Shown: positions 9,363-19,084 of the stretch, piece after piece
How the letters are laid out: each line of letters opens with the position of its first letter
Position numbering within the stretch: the stretch's first letter is position 1
IMG/VR virus record: IMGVR_UViG_3300037307_000721
DNA: 64,000 bases
Direction: 5' to 3' (one strand)
Origin: a virus
The notes under the pieces: generated by a model
Told to the model about the DNA's origin: nothing
Seen by the model: the letters and a program-made list of their open reading frames with translations, nothing else
The model's database searches: none
Translations under genes and position numbers: made by a program

Positions 9363-10982
9363 ATGTCAAGGACGTTCATTCGGCAGGACGCACAGATCGC
9401 GCAGTCGTTCTCGTACGACGACACTCGGGCGCCGACCGAGGCCAACTACGAGACCAACGCAACCGACATCGAGTACGATCTCAACAGCATCCGGTCGGCG
9501 CTGCAGAGCGCGCTGAACCGGACCGGCGACAGCATGCCGTCGGGCAACTGGTGGGACAACATCGTCCAGCCGACCACGCTCGAGAACGGCACCCGGCGCG
9601 GCGTCTCGGCGCTCAACAGCGCCCTGCACCTCGTCGAGAAGAAGCGCGTTCTGCGCGACCGCTATCGCCCCGGCAACGACGTGGCGGTCACCGCCGCGCA
9701 GAACTGGGAAGTGCTGGCCGCCGGAGAACTGCCGACCAACACCACCGCTGCCGTCGGTTCGGTCACGACGTTGGGCACGGTTGCGGCGTTCCACACGGGA
9801 ACTTTCGGCACCCACTCGCTCGACGAGGTTTCGGGAACGAACAGCCTCAACCCGAAGAACCTCTGCATCGTCACCGACGCCGCTTCCGGCGACCCGATCC
9901 TCTCCAGCGGTCGGACGATCTACGCGCTCTTCCAGACGGAGATCGCCACGGACGGGCACGTGATGAACGGCACGGACCAGCGTGCGCAGCTCTCGTTCGT
10001 CCGGCCGAACGCGACCTTCGACGACCTCGAGGCCTGCCCGGTCGCCGACATCGCCGGCAAGACCATCAACTACGCCACCCGTGAGCGCGTCCGGCTCGAA
10101 GACCTCAACGAGCAGGACTTCCTCAAGGGCGCCGTCGTCGACGTGCCGGCCGGCTCGACCCCGACCCGGCAGACCATCTACGACAACCAGGGCACGACGC
10201 CGGTCGACCTCACGACCAACGCGATCCTCGACCTCGAAGGCGCTGGCCTCGAGTGGCAGATTCGCGATGACCTGGAAGCCATCCTCTTCCGCATCATCGA
10301 GGGCTCGGCGGGCGGCACCTCCAAGGTCGCGATCGAGGACGACGTCGATGAGTTCGACGTCGACGCGGTGGTCTCCGACTTCCTCAACGGCATCAAGGTC
10401 GACACCGGAGCGGCCGGCACCACGATCCAGATCGGCGTGACGGCGAACCAGATCGACAGCGGCGGTGCGCTCACCATCGCGACCGGAGCCACCGGCGATC
10501 TGAAGCTCGACTCCGTGGCCGGCGAGATCCTCTTCGACGACGTGAACCGCACCGGGTCCACCTGGGCAGCCACGGCGATCAAGCTCTCCGAGACCACCCA
10601 GGAGTGGGACGACTACGAGACCTACTTCGGCGAGGTCTCCCTCATGAACGCCATCGTCCAGGCGAGCAAGAAGGCGCGGCGCTGGAAGGCCTACGCCAAG
10701 CTCACCGCGGATGTGCCGGCGGACACCAACGTCACGGGCGCGGGCGGCACGCCCAACCTCGACGCGCAGCTGCCGGACTACGACCTCGTGGGGCTCACGT
10801 TCGTCGAGGACGTGGACGTCTACCTGAACGGCGAGCTTCTGCGCAACGGCGCGGACGCCTCGGCGAACCATGACGTCTACCCGGGCACGACGCGCGCCAA
10901 CGGCGACCTCATGTTCGAGTTCGCCCTCAAGGGCACCGGTTCCAAGCCGGACCAGCTCTGCATGGTCGTCTACGGCAGCTAG
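9363..10982 (+). CDS. virion structural protein, 539 aa (tail/fibre-like)
   Basis: Acidic Thr/Gly/Asp-rich; C-terminal VDVYLNG...DVY module like the 9021 protein; strong RBS. Confidence 0.65.
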   Translation: MSRTFIRQDAQIAQSFSYDDTRAPTEANYETNATDIEYDLNSIRSALQSALNRTGDSMPSGNWWDNIVQPTTLENGTRRGVSALNSALHLVEKKRVLRDRYRPGNDVAVTAAQNWEVLAAGELPTNTTAAVGSVTTLGTVAAFHTGTFGTHSLDEVSGTNSLNPKNLCIVTDAASGDPILSSGRTIYALFQTEIATDGHVMNGTDQRAQLSFVRPNATFDDLEACPVADIAGKTINYATRERVRLEDLNEQDFLKGAVVDVPAGSTPTRQTIYDNQGTTPVDLTTNAILDLEGAGLEWQIRDDLEAILFRIIEGSAGGTSKVAIEDDVDEFDVDAVVSDFLNGIKVDTGAAGTTIQIGVTANQIDSGGALTIATGATGDLKLDSVAGEILFDDVNRTGSTWAATAIKLSETTQEWDDYETYFGEVSLMNAIVQASKKARRWKAYAKLTADVPADTNVTGAGGTPNLDAQLPDYDLVGLTFVEDVDVYLNGELLRNGADASANHDVYPGTTRANGDLMFEFALKGTGSKPDQLCMVVYGS

Positions 10983-11063
10983 TAGCCCCGGCGAGGTGGG
11001 CCGGAGGGGCCTCGCGCTCCTCCGGCCCACGCAGCCGCTATAGGTACAGAAAGGTACAGCGAA

Positions 11064-11693
11064 ATGGCGATCGACAAGGCTCAACTGAAAATCCTGATCG
11101 CGAACGACCTGGGGGCCACGATCGAGGACCGTCTGGAAGGCGAGCGCAAGAGCCAGTACGAGCTCCAGGGCGCAGCGGTTGCCCTCAAGCAGGCGGCGCA
11201 GAAGGTCCCTCGGGACTTGATCGCAAAGCTCGAGCGCGAGCAGACCGAGGGCACGAACGTCATCAAGGACGGGCTCGAGGCGCACCACGTCATCGGGCTC
11301 ATCAAGCTCTGGCTGACCAAGGCCAGCGACTACCTCGGGCACCTGGCCGACGTGGAACAGCAGAAGGCCATCATCCAGGGCGGTCGAGCCGCGGGGCTCG
11401 AGGACGCCATGAAGATCGTGCAGCGCATGCGCGATGAAACCGTCCAGCGCGTGCAGGAGATCGCGGCGGCTGCCGATTCAGACGCGCCGCCGCCGCTCGT
11501 GGACCGCCGGTCCGAGGCGGCTGCCGCACGCGCCGAACACGGGAGCGTCGCCGAGCGTCGCGCGGCGGCGGAGGCTGGCCGGAAGAGCGAGCCGCCGGCG
11601 CAAGACATTCCCGCGCCGACGCCTCCACCTCCGGCACCCGAGCCCGCGCAGGCGCCGGCCAGGCCGAAGCGCAAGAGGAAGAAGGCAAGCTGA
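11064..11693 (+). CDS. hypothetical coiled-coil protein with Pro-rich/basic tail
   Basis: 209-aa ORF in co-directional cluster. Confidence 0.65.
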   Translation: MAIDKAQLKILIANDLGATIEDRLEGERKSQYELQGAAVALKQAAQKVPRDLIAKLEREQTEGTNVIKDGLEAHHVIGLIKLWLTKASDYLGHLADVEQQKAIIQGGRAAGLEDAMKIVQRMRDETVQRVQEIAAAADSDAPPPLVDRRSEAAAARAEHGSVAERRAAAEAGRKSEPPAQDIPAPTPPPPAPEPAQAPARPKRKRKKAS

Positions 11694-12151
11694 TGGCAGA
11701 CGACGGGTCCGGAGTTCGTGGCGAGACCGTAGACGAGGTCCTCTGGCTCGACCAGACAGCGGACCCGTCCGAGCTCGGCATGACCCGGATGGTCAACGGC
11801 GTCTTCAGGTTCGTCGACAAGGACGGAGTCTTCAATCTGCGCACGGGCGGCTCGGGCATCACCGAGGCCCAGCACGAGGCGCTCGACACGCTGGTCCACT
11901 GGATCGACGAGACCAACTGGCAGGAGATCGTGCGGAGCGGAGGCAAGGTCACCAACGTCATCAACTGGGAGACCGATGCCAAGCTGAAGAAGGTTCGCGA
12001 GTGCATCATCACCCGATCTGGCGGCAAAGTGTCGCAGCTCGATGCCATCCAGTACGACGGGGCTGGCGTGGAGAAGATGCGGTTGACCGGCGTGATCACC
12101 AGGGCAGGTGGCAAAGTGGCGTCCATCGCATGGACTAAGACGGTGGCCTGA
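11693..12151 (+). CDS. hypothetical structural protein
   Basis: 152 aa, stop/start overlap; internal repeat I(T/V)RSGGKV x3. Confidence 0.65.
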   Translation: MADDGSGVRGETVDEVLWLDQTADPSELGMTRMVNGVFRFVDKDGVFNLRTGGSGITEAQHEALDTLVHWIDETNWQEIVRSGGKVTNVINWETDAKLKKVRECIITRSGGKVSQLDAIQYDGAGVEKMRLTGVITRAGGKVASIAWTKTVA

Positions 12152-12939
12152 TGTTCTTCGTCATCGAAGTCGACAATGATGGGTTCAAGGTCTACGACTC
12201 CGCCGGGAATCTGATCGACCCCGCCAAGGACTCGTCCGTTCAGTCCGTGCTGACCACGCTCGCTGCCATCAAGGACACGGACGGTATCAAGAAGATCGTA
12301 GATGCTCTACCCGTTGGTGACAACGGCATTGGCCGAGTGAAGATCTGGGACGGTACGACGGTCGCGGATGTTCTGAATTACGCCAACATCCGAAGACTAC
12401 GTGTGGAGTCGCAGGAGTATGAGCTGAACACCTTTGTCGCCACAGCTCAGGGTGTCGTTCTGGGCAATGGCAAGTCGCTGCTGTCTCTCGTCAACGCGAC
12501 TGGCAGCCCGGTAGTGGCGAGGGTGCGGGAGATCTGGATCTCTAATGCAGCGACCACAGCGGTGACCGGCATTGCTGCATTGTTTGAGGGACGGAGAATC
12601 ACGGGACATTCAGGCGGTACGGTTGTTACGCCACTCTCTCACGATACCGTTGACTCCTTGAGCGTTAGTCTGAGTGCTCGGACAGCGGCGACTGTTACGG
12701 GCGAAGATACCTCGGGGCTGTTTGCTCGTCGGGTGTCCACCGACGAGTGGGGACCTGGTACGCTGGATGTCGAGGGTCTGGCTCAAGGGTTGTTCACAAT
12801 GGGCCCGGTGTGGCGCGTGGCCCCGCCCTTGAAGCCCATCGTGTTGAGGGCAAACGAGGGGGTCAGTCTCAAGTGCGTCTCCAATACGACCGCTGGATCG
12901 TTTGATGTGACCTTCATCTTCACACAGGAAACCCCATGA
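12151..12939 (+). CDS. tail fibre/baseplate-like beta protein
   Basis: 262 aa, coupled start; visibly less GC-biased codons. Confidence 0.5.
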   Translation: MFFVIEVDNDGFKVYDSAGNLIDPAKDSSVQSVLTTLAAIKDTDGIKKIVDALPVGDNGIGRVKIWDGTTVADVLNYANIRRLRVESQEYELNTFVATAQGVVLGNGKSLLSLVNATGSPVVARVREIWISNAATTAVTGIAALFEGRRITGHSGGTVVTPLSHDTVDSLSVSLSARTAATVTGEDTSGLFARRVSTDEWGPGTLDVEGLAQGLFTMGPVWRVAPPLKPIVLRANEGVSLKCVSNTTAGSFDVTFIFTQETP

Positions 12940-13262
12940 GATGGCTGTTCTGGAGAAAACGCATGCACGTCAAAGAACTCCTCAAGACCGACAAGGACAC
13001 CGAGGGCAAAGCGATCAACGTCGAGGACTCGCAGGATTTGACCGTCCAGGTGGCTTCGACCGACAAGGCCAAGCCCTTCTCCGGGTCCGTGATCATCGAA
13101 GGGACGCAGGATGACCCAGAGCATCCCGTTCGCTGGTCTACGGTGGCCACGATCAGCAAGGCTGACCTGGTTCGTTTATCGGGCTACACGCTGCGAGCCG
13201 TTCGGGCAGTGACCACTCTGATGGTTGCTGGTGAAGTGCATGTGACGGCTGCCTGGAGGTAG
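12936..13262 (+). CDS. hypothetical structural protein
   Basis: 108 aa, ATGA overlap. Confidence 0.55.
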   Translation: MRWLFWRKRMHVKELLKTDKDTEGKAINVEDSQDLTVQVASTDKAKPFSGSVIIEGTQDDPEHPVRWSTVATISKADLVRLSGYTLRAVRAVTTLMVAGEVHVTAAWR

Positions 13263-13266
13263 ACCT

Positions 13267-14136
13267 GTGGGCGTCCCGAAGACACCAGATGGAAAGCCGA
13301 TCATAGCGCAGATCAAACCATCTGCGCCCAAGCTCACGTTCATCACACCCAACTGGTGTGATCGGACAAGCTGGTATCCTAGCTCTGTCTACGTCGAAGA
13401 GGAAGTTGCCGCCGACAGTGGCGACCACACGACCTACAACCTCACGCATCAGGATGTGATCGATACCTTTCACGGCAAGGTCACATTCGAGGACTTCCTG
13501 AAGGATTCGCAGGGTCGCAGCTACCGCGTAACGGTGAAGGTTGACGACGAACTCCAGTTCGAGCAGGACCCGCACACAGGGTCCGGCGGCGACTTCACTG
13601 TGAACTACGCTGCGGGGACTATCACCTTCCTCACCCTGCTCCAAGGGACAGAGGTGGTGAAGGTCACCTACCACTATGCCAACGGCAGTTCCTTCACCGT
13701 GGCCCCGATTGCAGGCAAGACGCTCGTGATCGAGAAGGTGGAAGTCCAGTGCTCGGACGACCTGGTGATGAACGACACGTTCGTCTTCCAGGCGTACGGG
13801 CTGGTGGACGTGTTCGCGCCCCAGCTCATGGAGCCGCCGTACAACCTGCCATCGGGGACCAAGATCCCTCTCGGCGACCCACTGAAGTACAAGACGATCA
13901 ACGACATCATCAACGACAGCAACCACAGCTACCCGGCATACCCTGCCCTCGGCGGCAGTGGGTGGCGGGCGAACAAGAAGCCGCTCTGGATCTTCGCCTG
14001 GGACTACGACGTGGGCTCGACTCTGCTCCACTCCAGCTACGGGATGGAGGTCAGGATCAGCCTGGAGCACGAGGCAAAGAGTGGCGGAACCAGTGCCACT
14101 GCAACTCTATACTGCACGAGCGAGGACGAGGCGTGA
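13267..14136 (+). CDS. virion structural protein (baseplate/neck-like)
   Basis: 289 aa; DFTVNYAAGTITF...VTYHY motif seen in structural proteins. Confidence 0.6.
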   Translation: MGVPKTPDGKPIIAQIKPSAPKLTFITPNWCDRTSWYPSSVYVEEEVAADSGDHTTYNLTHQDVIDTFHGKVTFEDFLKDSQGRSYRVTVKVDDELQFEQDPHTGSGGDFTVNYAAGTITFLTLLQGTEVVKVTYHYANGSSFTVAPIAGKTLVIEKVEVQCSDDLVMNDTFVFQAYGLVDVFAPQLMEPPYNLPSGTKIPLGDPLKYKTINDIINDSNHSYPAYPALGGSGWRANKKPLWIFAWDYDVGSTLLHSSYGMEVRISLEHEAKSGGTSATATLYCTSEDEA

Positions 14137-14468
14137 CCGGACAGCTTCCGAAGATCACCATCGCTCCGATTGCTGACCTGTGGTCGCTCATCCACTTCGG
14201 TTTCTGGGCGTTCATCTCGAGCTCCGTCGGTGCGATGTGGGAGCCGCCCCTCTGGGTGCATCTGCTCTACACGCTCGTCGGAAGCTACGTCTGGGAGGGA
14301 GTTGAATACCCGCTCCAGCGGAAGTATCCGGCGAGGTGGAGCTACCGGTTGGAGGGCAAGCTCAACGCCTTCGTGGGCGATCCGATCTCCAACTTGCTGG
14401 GCGCCGCCTTCGGCTGGTTCGTCGTGGCCTACTACCGGAAGCACTTCTGGGTCTGGAGGCGGAAGTGA
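14133..14468 (+). CDS. integral membrane protein (about 3 TM)
   Basis: GTG14133 overlapping previous stop; Trp-rich hydrophobic helices; SLIHF...WEGVE...GDPISN. Confidence 0.6.
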   Translation: MTGQLPKITIAPIADLWSLIHFGFWAFISSSVGAMWEPPLWVHLLYTLVGSYVWEGVEYPLQRKYPARWSYRLEGKLNAFVGDPISNLLGAAFGWFVVAYYRKHFWVWRRK

Positions 14469-14596
14469 GCCGTGACCCGAAAACGCATCATCCGACGAAC
14501 CCTTTGGGAGTGCCCCTTCTGTCATCGGGTGAGCCTGAAGATGCTCCAACCCCGGTCGAGCTGCCCAACCTGTGGGGCCCTGGTCGAGGACAGGGG

Positions 14597-15118
14597 TTGG
14601 ATGTCACGGCTGGATACTCCACCACCAACCGGCTCATCTCCAGGATCATCCGGTTCATCACCCGCGGAAGGGTGAGCCACGCCTGGATCGCGTTCCACGA
14701 CGACGTTCTCGACACTCGCCTGGTCATGCAGGCCGAGTGGTGGGGCTTCGAACTTCGCCCATGGCCGCGCTGGGCGCGAGAGAACATCCTCGTCGCGGAG
14801 TTTCAGCTCCTCGTTCCCGCCGAGATGCAGCTCCGGGCGGTGCGGCGCATGCGCGATCACCTGGGCGAGAAGTACGACAAGATCGGCGCGCTGTGGGCCG
14901 GTTTCACCGCCTGGCTCAAGCGCTGGTGGCGCGCGCGGCTCACCATCCGTCCGCGCAGAACCCCGCACAAGCTCATGTGTGCCGAGGCCCAGCTCGTGTG
15001 CCTGAAAGCAGCCGGCATCGAGGTGGTGGCGGACTGCTACGAGGAAACCGTGGACCCGCAGACGCTCCTCGAGCGACTGTCGTCGAGCGGGCAAGTGACG
15101 CGAGTCTACCCGAGGTGA
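14597..15118 (+). CDS. permuted papain-like NlpC/P60 amidase (YaeF/YiiX-type)
   Basis: SRIIRFIT...SHAWI (His) precedes KYD...LMCAE (Cys); probable TTG start at 14597, alternative GTG14465. Confidence 0.75.
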   Translation: MDVTAGYSTTNRLISRIIRFITRGRVSHAWIAFHDDVLDTRLVMQAEWWGFELRPWPRWARENILVAEFQLLVPAEMQLRAVRRMRDHLGEKYDKIGALWAGFTAWLKRWWRARLTIRPRRTPHKLMCAEAQLVCLKAAGIEVVADCYEETVDPQTLLERLSSSGQVTRVYPR

Positions 15119-15121
15119 GTC

Positions 15122-15583
15122 ATGGCTGAGATGATCGAAGCGCAGGGAAACGCCTTCTTCGCCAAGTGCAAGGGCGCCGCCGTCATCATCACGGCGCTCA
15201 CTGGCCTGGTGCTCGGCGTCCTGAACTGGTTCAAGGACGTCAGGGACCCACGGGTGAAGGTCGGCTACGAGGAGCTCTCGAAGCAGGTGGTGGGCCTGTC
15301 GAGTGACGTGCAGAAGCTGGCCACGGCCGTACGCCTGCAAGCGGAGGAGATCTCGACCATCCAGAACTGGATCATCTCCGAGCAGCACAAGCCAGCTCCG
15401 CCCGTGCGGCCGATTCGACCCGGGACGGGCCCTGGCACGGACGCGGCCAGGCCGAGTCCGGAGGTCGCGAAGATCATGAAGTCGGTCAAGGCAGCCAAGG
15501 CGGCGAAGCCCGCGCCGGCGCCGCCTACGCGCAAGCCGGCGAGCTGGGAACAGGTACAGACCCAGGTGCCCAAAGGCCTCTGA
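15122..15583 (+). CDS. membrane-anchored coiled-coil protein
   Basis: One N-terminal TM, heptad region, Pro-rich tail. Confidence 0.6.
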   Translation: MAEMIEAQGNAFFAKCKGAAVIITALTGLVLGVLNWFKDVRDPRVKVGYEELSKQVVGLSSDVQKLATAVRLQAEEISTIQNWIISEQHKPAPPVRPIRPGTGPGTDAARPSPEVAKIMKSVKAAKAAKPAPAPPTRKPASWEQVQTQVPKGL

Positions 15584-15595
15584 GAGGAGAACACC

Positions 15596-16378
15596 ATGAG
15601 ACGCGCGCTGTGCATCGGCATCAACAACTACCCGGGGTCGCAGAACGACCTCACGGGTTGCGTCAACGACATGATCGACTGGGCCAAGCTCTTTCGGGAC
15701 CGTGGCTTCGACGAGGTCGTGACGCTGCAGGACAGCCAGGCGACCAAGAAGAACATCCTGGATGCCATGGAGCACGGCATCACGCAGACCGGGGCGAAGG
15801 ACCTCTTCGCCACAACCTTCAGCGGGCACGGCACCTGGGTGCCCGACGAGGACCACGACGAGGCGGACGGCCGCGACGAGTGCCTGTGCCCGCACGACTT
15901 CGACAAGAACCTCATCACCGATGACGAGCTCTTCGAGCTCTTCTCCACCCGCCACTTCGGCTCACGCATCGTGATGCTCTCCGACTCGTGTCACTCGGGC
16001 TCGGTCGCCCGCATGGCTCCGGCGCTCGGAACCTCTCGCCGCCTCGTTCGCTTCATGCCGCCGTCGATCTTCCTGCCGGACCGTCGCATCGCGGTGGCCA
16101 AACGCCTCGAGAAGGCGCCGTCCAAGGGCAAGATGCGCTCGACGTGCCTGCTCATCTCGGGCTGCAAGGACACCGAGTACTCCTACGACGCCTGCTTCAA
16201 CAACCGGCCCAACGGCGCCTTCACCTACGCGGCGTTGCAGGCCCTCCAGCACAACCCCGCGACCTACCGGGACTGGTACCTGTGCGTTCGCCAGGCACTG
16301 CCCTCGGTGTCGCATCCGCAGACGCCGCAGTTCACCGCGACGAGCTCGCAGAAGAAGTGGAAGATCCTGGAGGACTAG
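15596..16378 (+). CDS. metacaspase (peptidase C14)
   Basis: RALCIGINNY..LTGCVND, FSGHG (His), DSCHSG (Cys), GAFTYA. Confidence 0.93.
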   Translation: MRRALCIGINNYPGSQNDLTGCVNDMIDWAKLFRDRGFDEVVTLQDSQATKKNILDAMEHGITQTGAKDLFATTFSGHGTWVPDEDHDEADGRDECLCPHDFDKNLITDDELFELFSTRHFGSRIVMLSDSCHSGSVARMAPALGTSRRLVRFMPPSIFLPDRRIAVAKRLEKAPSKGKMRSTCLLISGCKDTEYSYDACFNNRPNGAFTYAALQALQHNPATYRDWYLCVRQALPSVSHPQTPQFTATSSQKKWKILED

Positions 16379-16381
16379 AAG

Positions 16382-17200
16382 GTGCAGGCCGAGCGCATAC
16401 AGACCGGATCGACCGAGCCCATCATCGCCATGGTGCTCGACCAACTAGGTGCGCCCCTGACGGGCAAGACGGACATCGTGCTCTCGATGCGCCGCCAGTC
16501 TGACGGCAAGTACCTCGACTGGTCCGACATGCGCTTCAAGAACGGCGGCCCGATCGTCCAGCTCTACCAGGTGATGACGGAGGTGAACCCGACACGCTCG
16601 CCCGGTGAGTACCAGCTCAGCCTCGACACCTCGGCGATCGTGAATGCCATCGACGACGACATCTACGAGACCAGGGCTGAGCAGTTGGGCGGCACGGACG
16701 CAGGCAACCTGCCCCAGATCGGCGAGCTCAAGGTCGACGCCTGGCTGCAGAAGATCTCCGAGGGCGAGCAGATCGTCCGGGACTTCGGCCTCGACCACCT
16801 GGTCTCGGTGAACCCCGGCATCGTGCCGCCCGCAGCGAACACGTACATCCGCCAGATCCTGGACAAGGAGGACCGGCTGCTCATCGGCGGGGACGTCTGC
16901 GTCGTCAAGCAGAGCTACGCCTACGACGCGGTCGCCGACAAGGTCACGGGTCAGGTCTGGGTAGAGAAGAACAACCAAGTCGCGACCGATGCGCTGGCTG
17001 TGACCGTCACCTGGTACAACGAGGACGGGACGGCGCTCTTCGCCATGACGGACTCGGCACCCGACGCACAGGGCGTCTTCAAGGTGAGCAAGCAGACCCC
17101 GGGGCTGGTTCGCAATCGGTCCTACTACATGGTGGCCCTGGTGAACATGGCCACGCTCGGGCTGATCACGTCGGCCAAGGGCACCTTCACGATCGGATAG
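16382..17200 (+). CDS. virion structural protein
   Basis: 272 aa, GTG start, beta-rich. Confidence 0.55.
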   Translation: MQAERIQTGSTEPIIAMVLDQLGAPLTGKTDIVLSMRRQSDGKYLDWSDMRFKNGGPIVQLYQVMTEVNPTRSPGEYQLSLDTSAIVNAIDDDIYETRAEQLGGTDAGNLPQIGELKVDAWLQKISEGEQIVRDFGLDHLVSVNPGIVPPAANTYIRQILDKEDRLLIGGDVCVVKQSYAYDAVADKVTGQVWVEKNNQVATDALAVTVTWYNEDGTALFAMTDSAPDAQGVFKVSKQTPGLVRNRSYYMVALVNMATLGLITSAKGTFTIG

Positions 17201-17207
17201 GTTTCGG

Positions 17208-17732
17208 ATGGAGCTACGCACCTACAGCGATCGAACGTCCCAGGCTCTGCACCTGAGTCCAGCTCTGTGGGGCGACACGCTCATCACGACGTGCGACCGT
17301 GAGACCCAGCCACTCTGGCTGCAGGTCGTCATCACCGTCTACTACCCGGATGCGTGCCGCACGCTCCGGTTCGGCCCGGACGCCACGCTCCTCATCGACC
17401 TCCTGCCGGAGATGCTGCAGGACCTGCGCATCGGTCCCGATGCGGTCCGCCAGCTACAGGACGAAGGCTACGCGAGCGTCGAGCTGGCCATCGGACCCGA
17501 CGCCAACGTCACGGTGGAGCTCAGCACGACGGCCCCGGGCTTCGCCGAGCGCAAGCTGGTCATCGGCGCCCAGGTCGAGGCGCACCTGCAGCTTCTGGCG
17601 GACGGCTCGGCCCAGATCTGCATCGAACCGGATGCGTTGGCCAAGCTGGAAGCCGGAGGCGGCAGCCGAACGCTCCGAATCGGCCCCGACGCCGAGCTGA
17701 AGATCATCCTCGACATCTGTGGAGACGAATAG
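17208..17732 (+). CDS. hypothetical protein with internal IGPDA repeats
   Basis: (L/I)xIGP(D/N)A repeated about 5 times. Confidence 0.55.
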   Translation: MELRTYSDRTSQALHLSPALWGDTLITTCDRETQPLWLQVVITVYYPDACRTLRFGPDATLLIDLLPEMLQDLRIGPDAVRQLQDEGYASVELAIGPDANVTVELSTTAPGFAERKLVIGAQVEAHLQLLADGSAQICIEPDALAKLEAGGGSRTLRIGPDAELKIILDICGDE

Positions 17733-18125
17733 ATGAGCGCGCAATACGACATCACCGCCGACTTCCTGATCAAGTCAGGCTACCGGCCCATCCACGCCGG
17801 CGACGACTACGACCATTCCTTCACCGTCGAGCGCGCTGGCCTCCCGCTGAACAACATGGCCAAGATCTGGTTCACGGTGAAGGAAGACTTCGTCGACCCG
17901 GACTCCGAGGCCAAGCTGCAGTACTCGACGGACGATACGTCGGAGATCGAGATCACGGATCCGGCCAACGGCGCCTTCGTCGTCCACCTGCAGGCGGCGG
18001 ATACCGACGAGCTGGCTGGCACCTGGCAGTACGACCTGCAGGCCCGGCTGAACACCGGCAAGATCATCACCCTCGCCAGAGGCGTCGTGGAGTTCCTGCC
18101 CCACGTCACCCAGGCGCGGACCTAG
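17733..18125 (+). CDS. BppU-N-like Ig-fold baseplate/tail protein
   Basis: GDD...F.V...IWFTVK...ITDPANG.F.V.L...DT..L.GTWQYDLQ pattern. Confidence 0.6.
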   Translation: MSAQYDITADFLIKSGYRPIHAGDDYDHSFTVERAGLPLNNMAKIWFTVKEDFVDPDSEAKLQYSTDDTSEIEITDPANGAFVVHLQAADTDELAGTWQYDLQARLNTGKIITLARGVVEFLPHVTQART

Positions 18126-18140
18126 GAGAGGAGAATAGCC

Positions 18141-18752
18141 ATGAGGACCAAGCACATCGCATTGCTGCTGGCGCTCACGTTGGGCGCCGGAACCGCGTTC
18201 GCGCAAGAGACCAAGAAGACCGAGCCGGCGAAGGTCAAGGTCAAGAAGGAGGAGGCCAAGCCGGCGCCCGCGCCCACGCCCGCGCCCGTCGCCGCCCCAG
18301 CGGCGCCGAAGGCCAAGGAGGCCGCAGCCAGCCAGCCGGTGGCCTCGCAGCCCGCGGCGCAGCCCGACATCGCCCCGGTCAAGCCGCCGGCGGGCGTGAC
18401 GCAGGTCGACCCGGACGACATCGGTTCGCTCATCAAGGCCATCATCGAGTCGGCCAAGACGGGCAAATGGGCGCTCCTCGTCGGCTTCATCATGATGCTG
18501 CTGACCTGGCTCGTGAACAAGGTGCTCAAGAGCAAGATCCCGACGAAGGTGCTGCCCTGGCTTGCCATCGGCCTGTCGACCGTGACCGCGGTCGCCTTCG
18601 CCTTGGGCACAGGAGTCGGCTGGATCAACGCGCTCGTCGTGGGCGTACAAACGGGGCTCATGGCGGCCGGTAGCTGGAGCGCCCTCGGCAAGTACCTGCC
18701 GGGGATCGCCAAGAAGGCCGAGCCCGCGCCGGCTGAAGAGGCCAAGCCATGA
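18141..18752 (+). CDS. signal peptide + Pro/Ala linker + 3 TM protein (holin-like)
   Basis: AFA|QE signal peptide; three hydrophobic helices in the C-terminal half. Confidence 0.55.
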   Translation: MRTKHIALLLALTLGAGTAFAQETKKTEPAKVKVKKEEAKPAPAPTPAPVAAPAAPKAKEAAASQPVASQPAAQPDIAPVKPPAGVTQVDPDDIGSLIKAIIESAKTGKWALLVGFIMMLLTWLVNKVLKSKIPTKVLPWLAIGLSTVTAVAFALGTGVGWINALVVGVQTGLMAAGSWSALGKYLPGIAKKAEPAPAEEAKP

Positions 18753-19084
18753 GCTGGTGGCGACAGCACTGGAGACTCGGGCTGGCGCTCATCGCCACCG
18801 GGCTGGGCCTCGTGCTCCTGCTCGTCCTCTACGCGCTGCACAAGCGCAAAGAGGCCGAGGAACTCAAGACCCAGCTCGGGCTGATGAACACGACGGTGAA
18901 GGTGGCCGGCCTGGAGGCCGACAAGAAGGCCCGAGAGAAGGAGCTCCAGGCCAACGCGGAGGAGGCGGCCAAGCTCGATGCAGCCATCCTCCAGGCGAAG
19001 AAGGACACCGTCGCTGTGGTACAATCGGTCAAGGAGATGTCCGATGAGGAAGTCCTCGAGGCATTCAAGAAGCTGGGCTACTAG
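18749..19084 (+). CDS. i-spanin-like protein
   Basis: N-terminal TM then coiled coil. Confidence 0.55.
   Translation: MSWWRQHWRLGLALIATGLGLVLLLVLYALHKRKEAEELKTQLGLMNTTVKVAGLEADKKAREKELQANAEEAAKLDAAILQAKKDTVAVVQSVKEMSDEEVLEAFKKLGY

Noticed and set aside
14472-14675. Zn-ribbon ORF MTRKRII...CPFC...CPTC
   Set aside because: It overlaps the papain-amidase frame by 79 nt or more and has no clear RBS. It may be real but cannot be supported.
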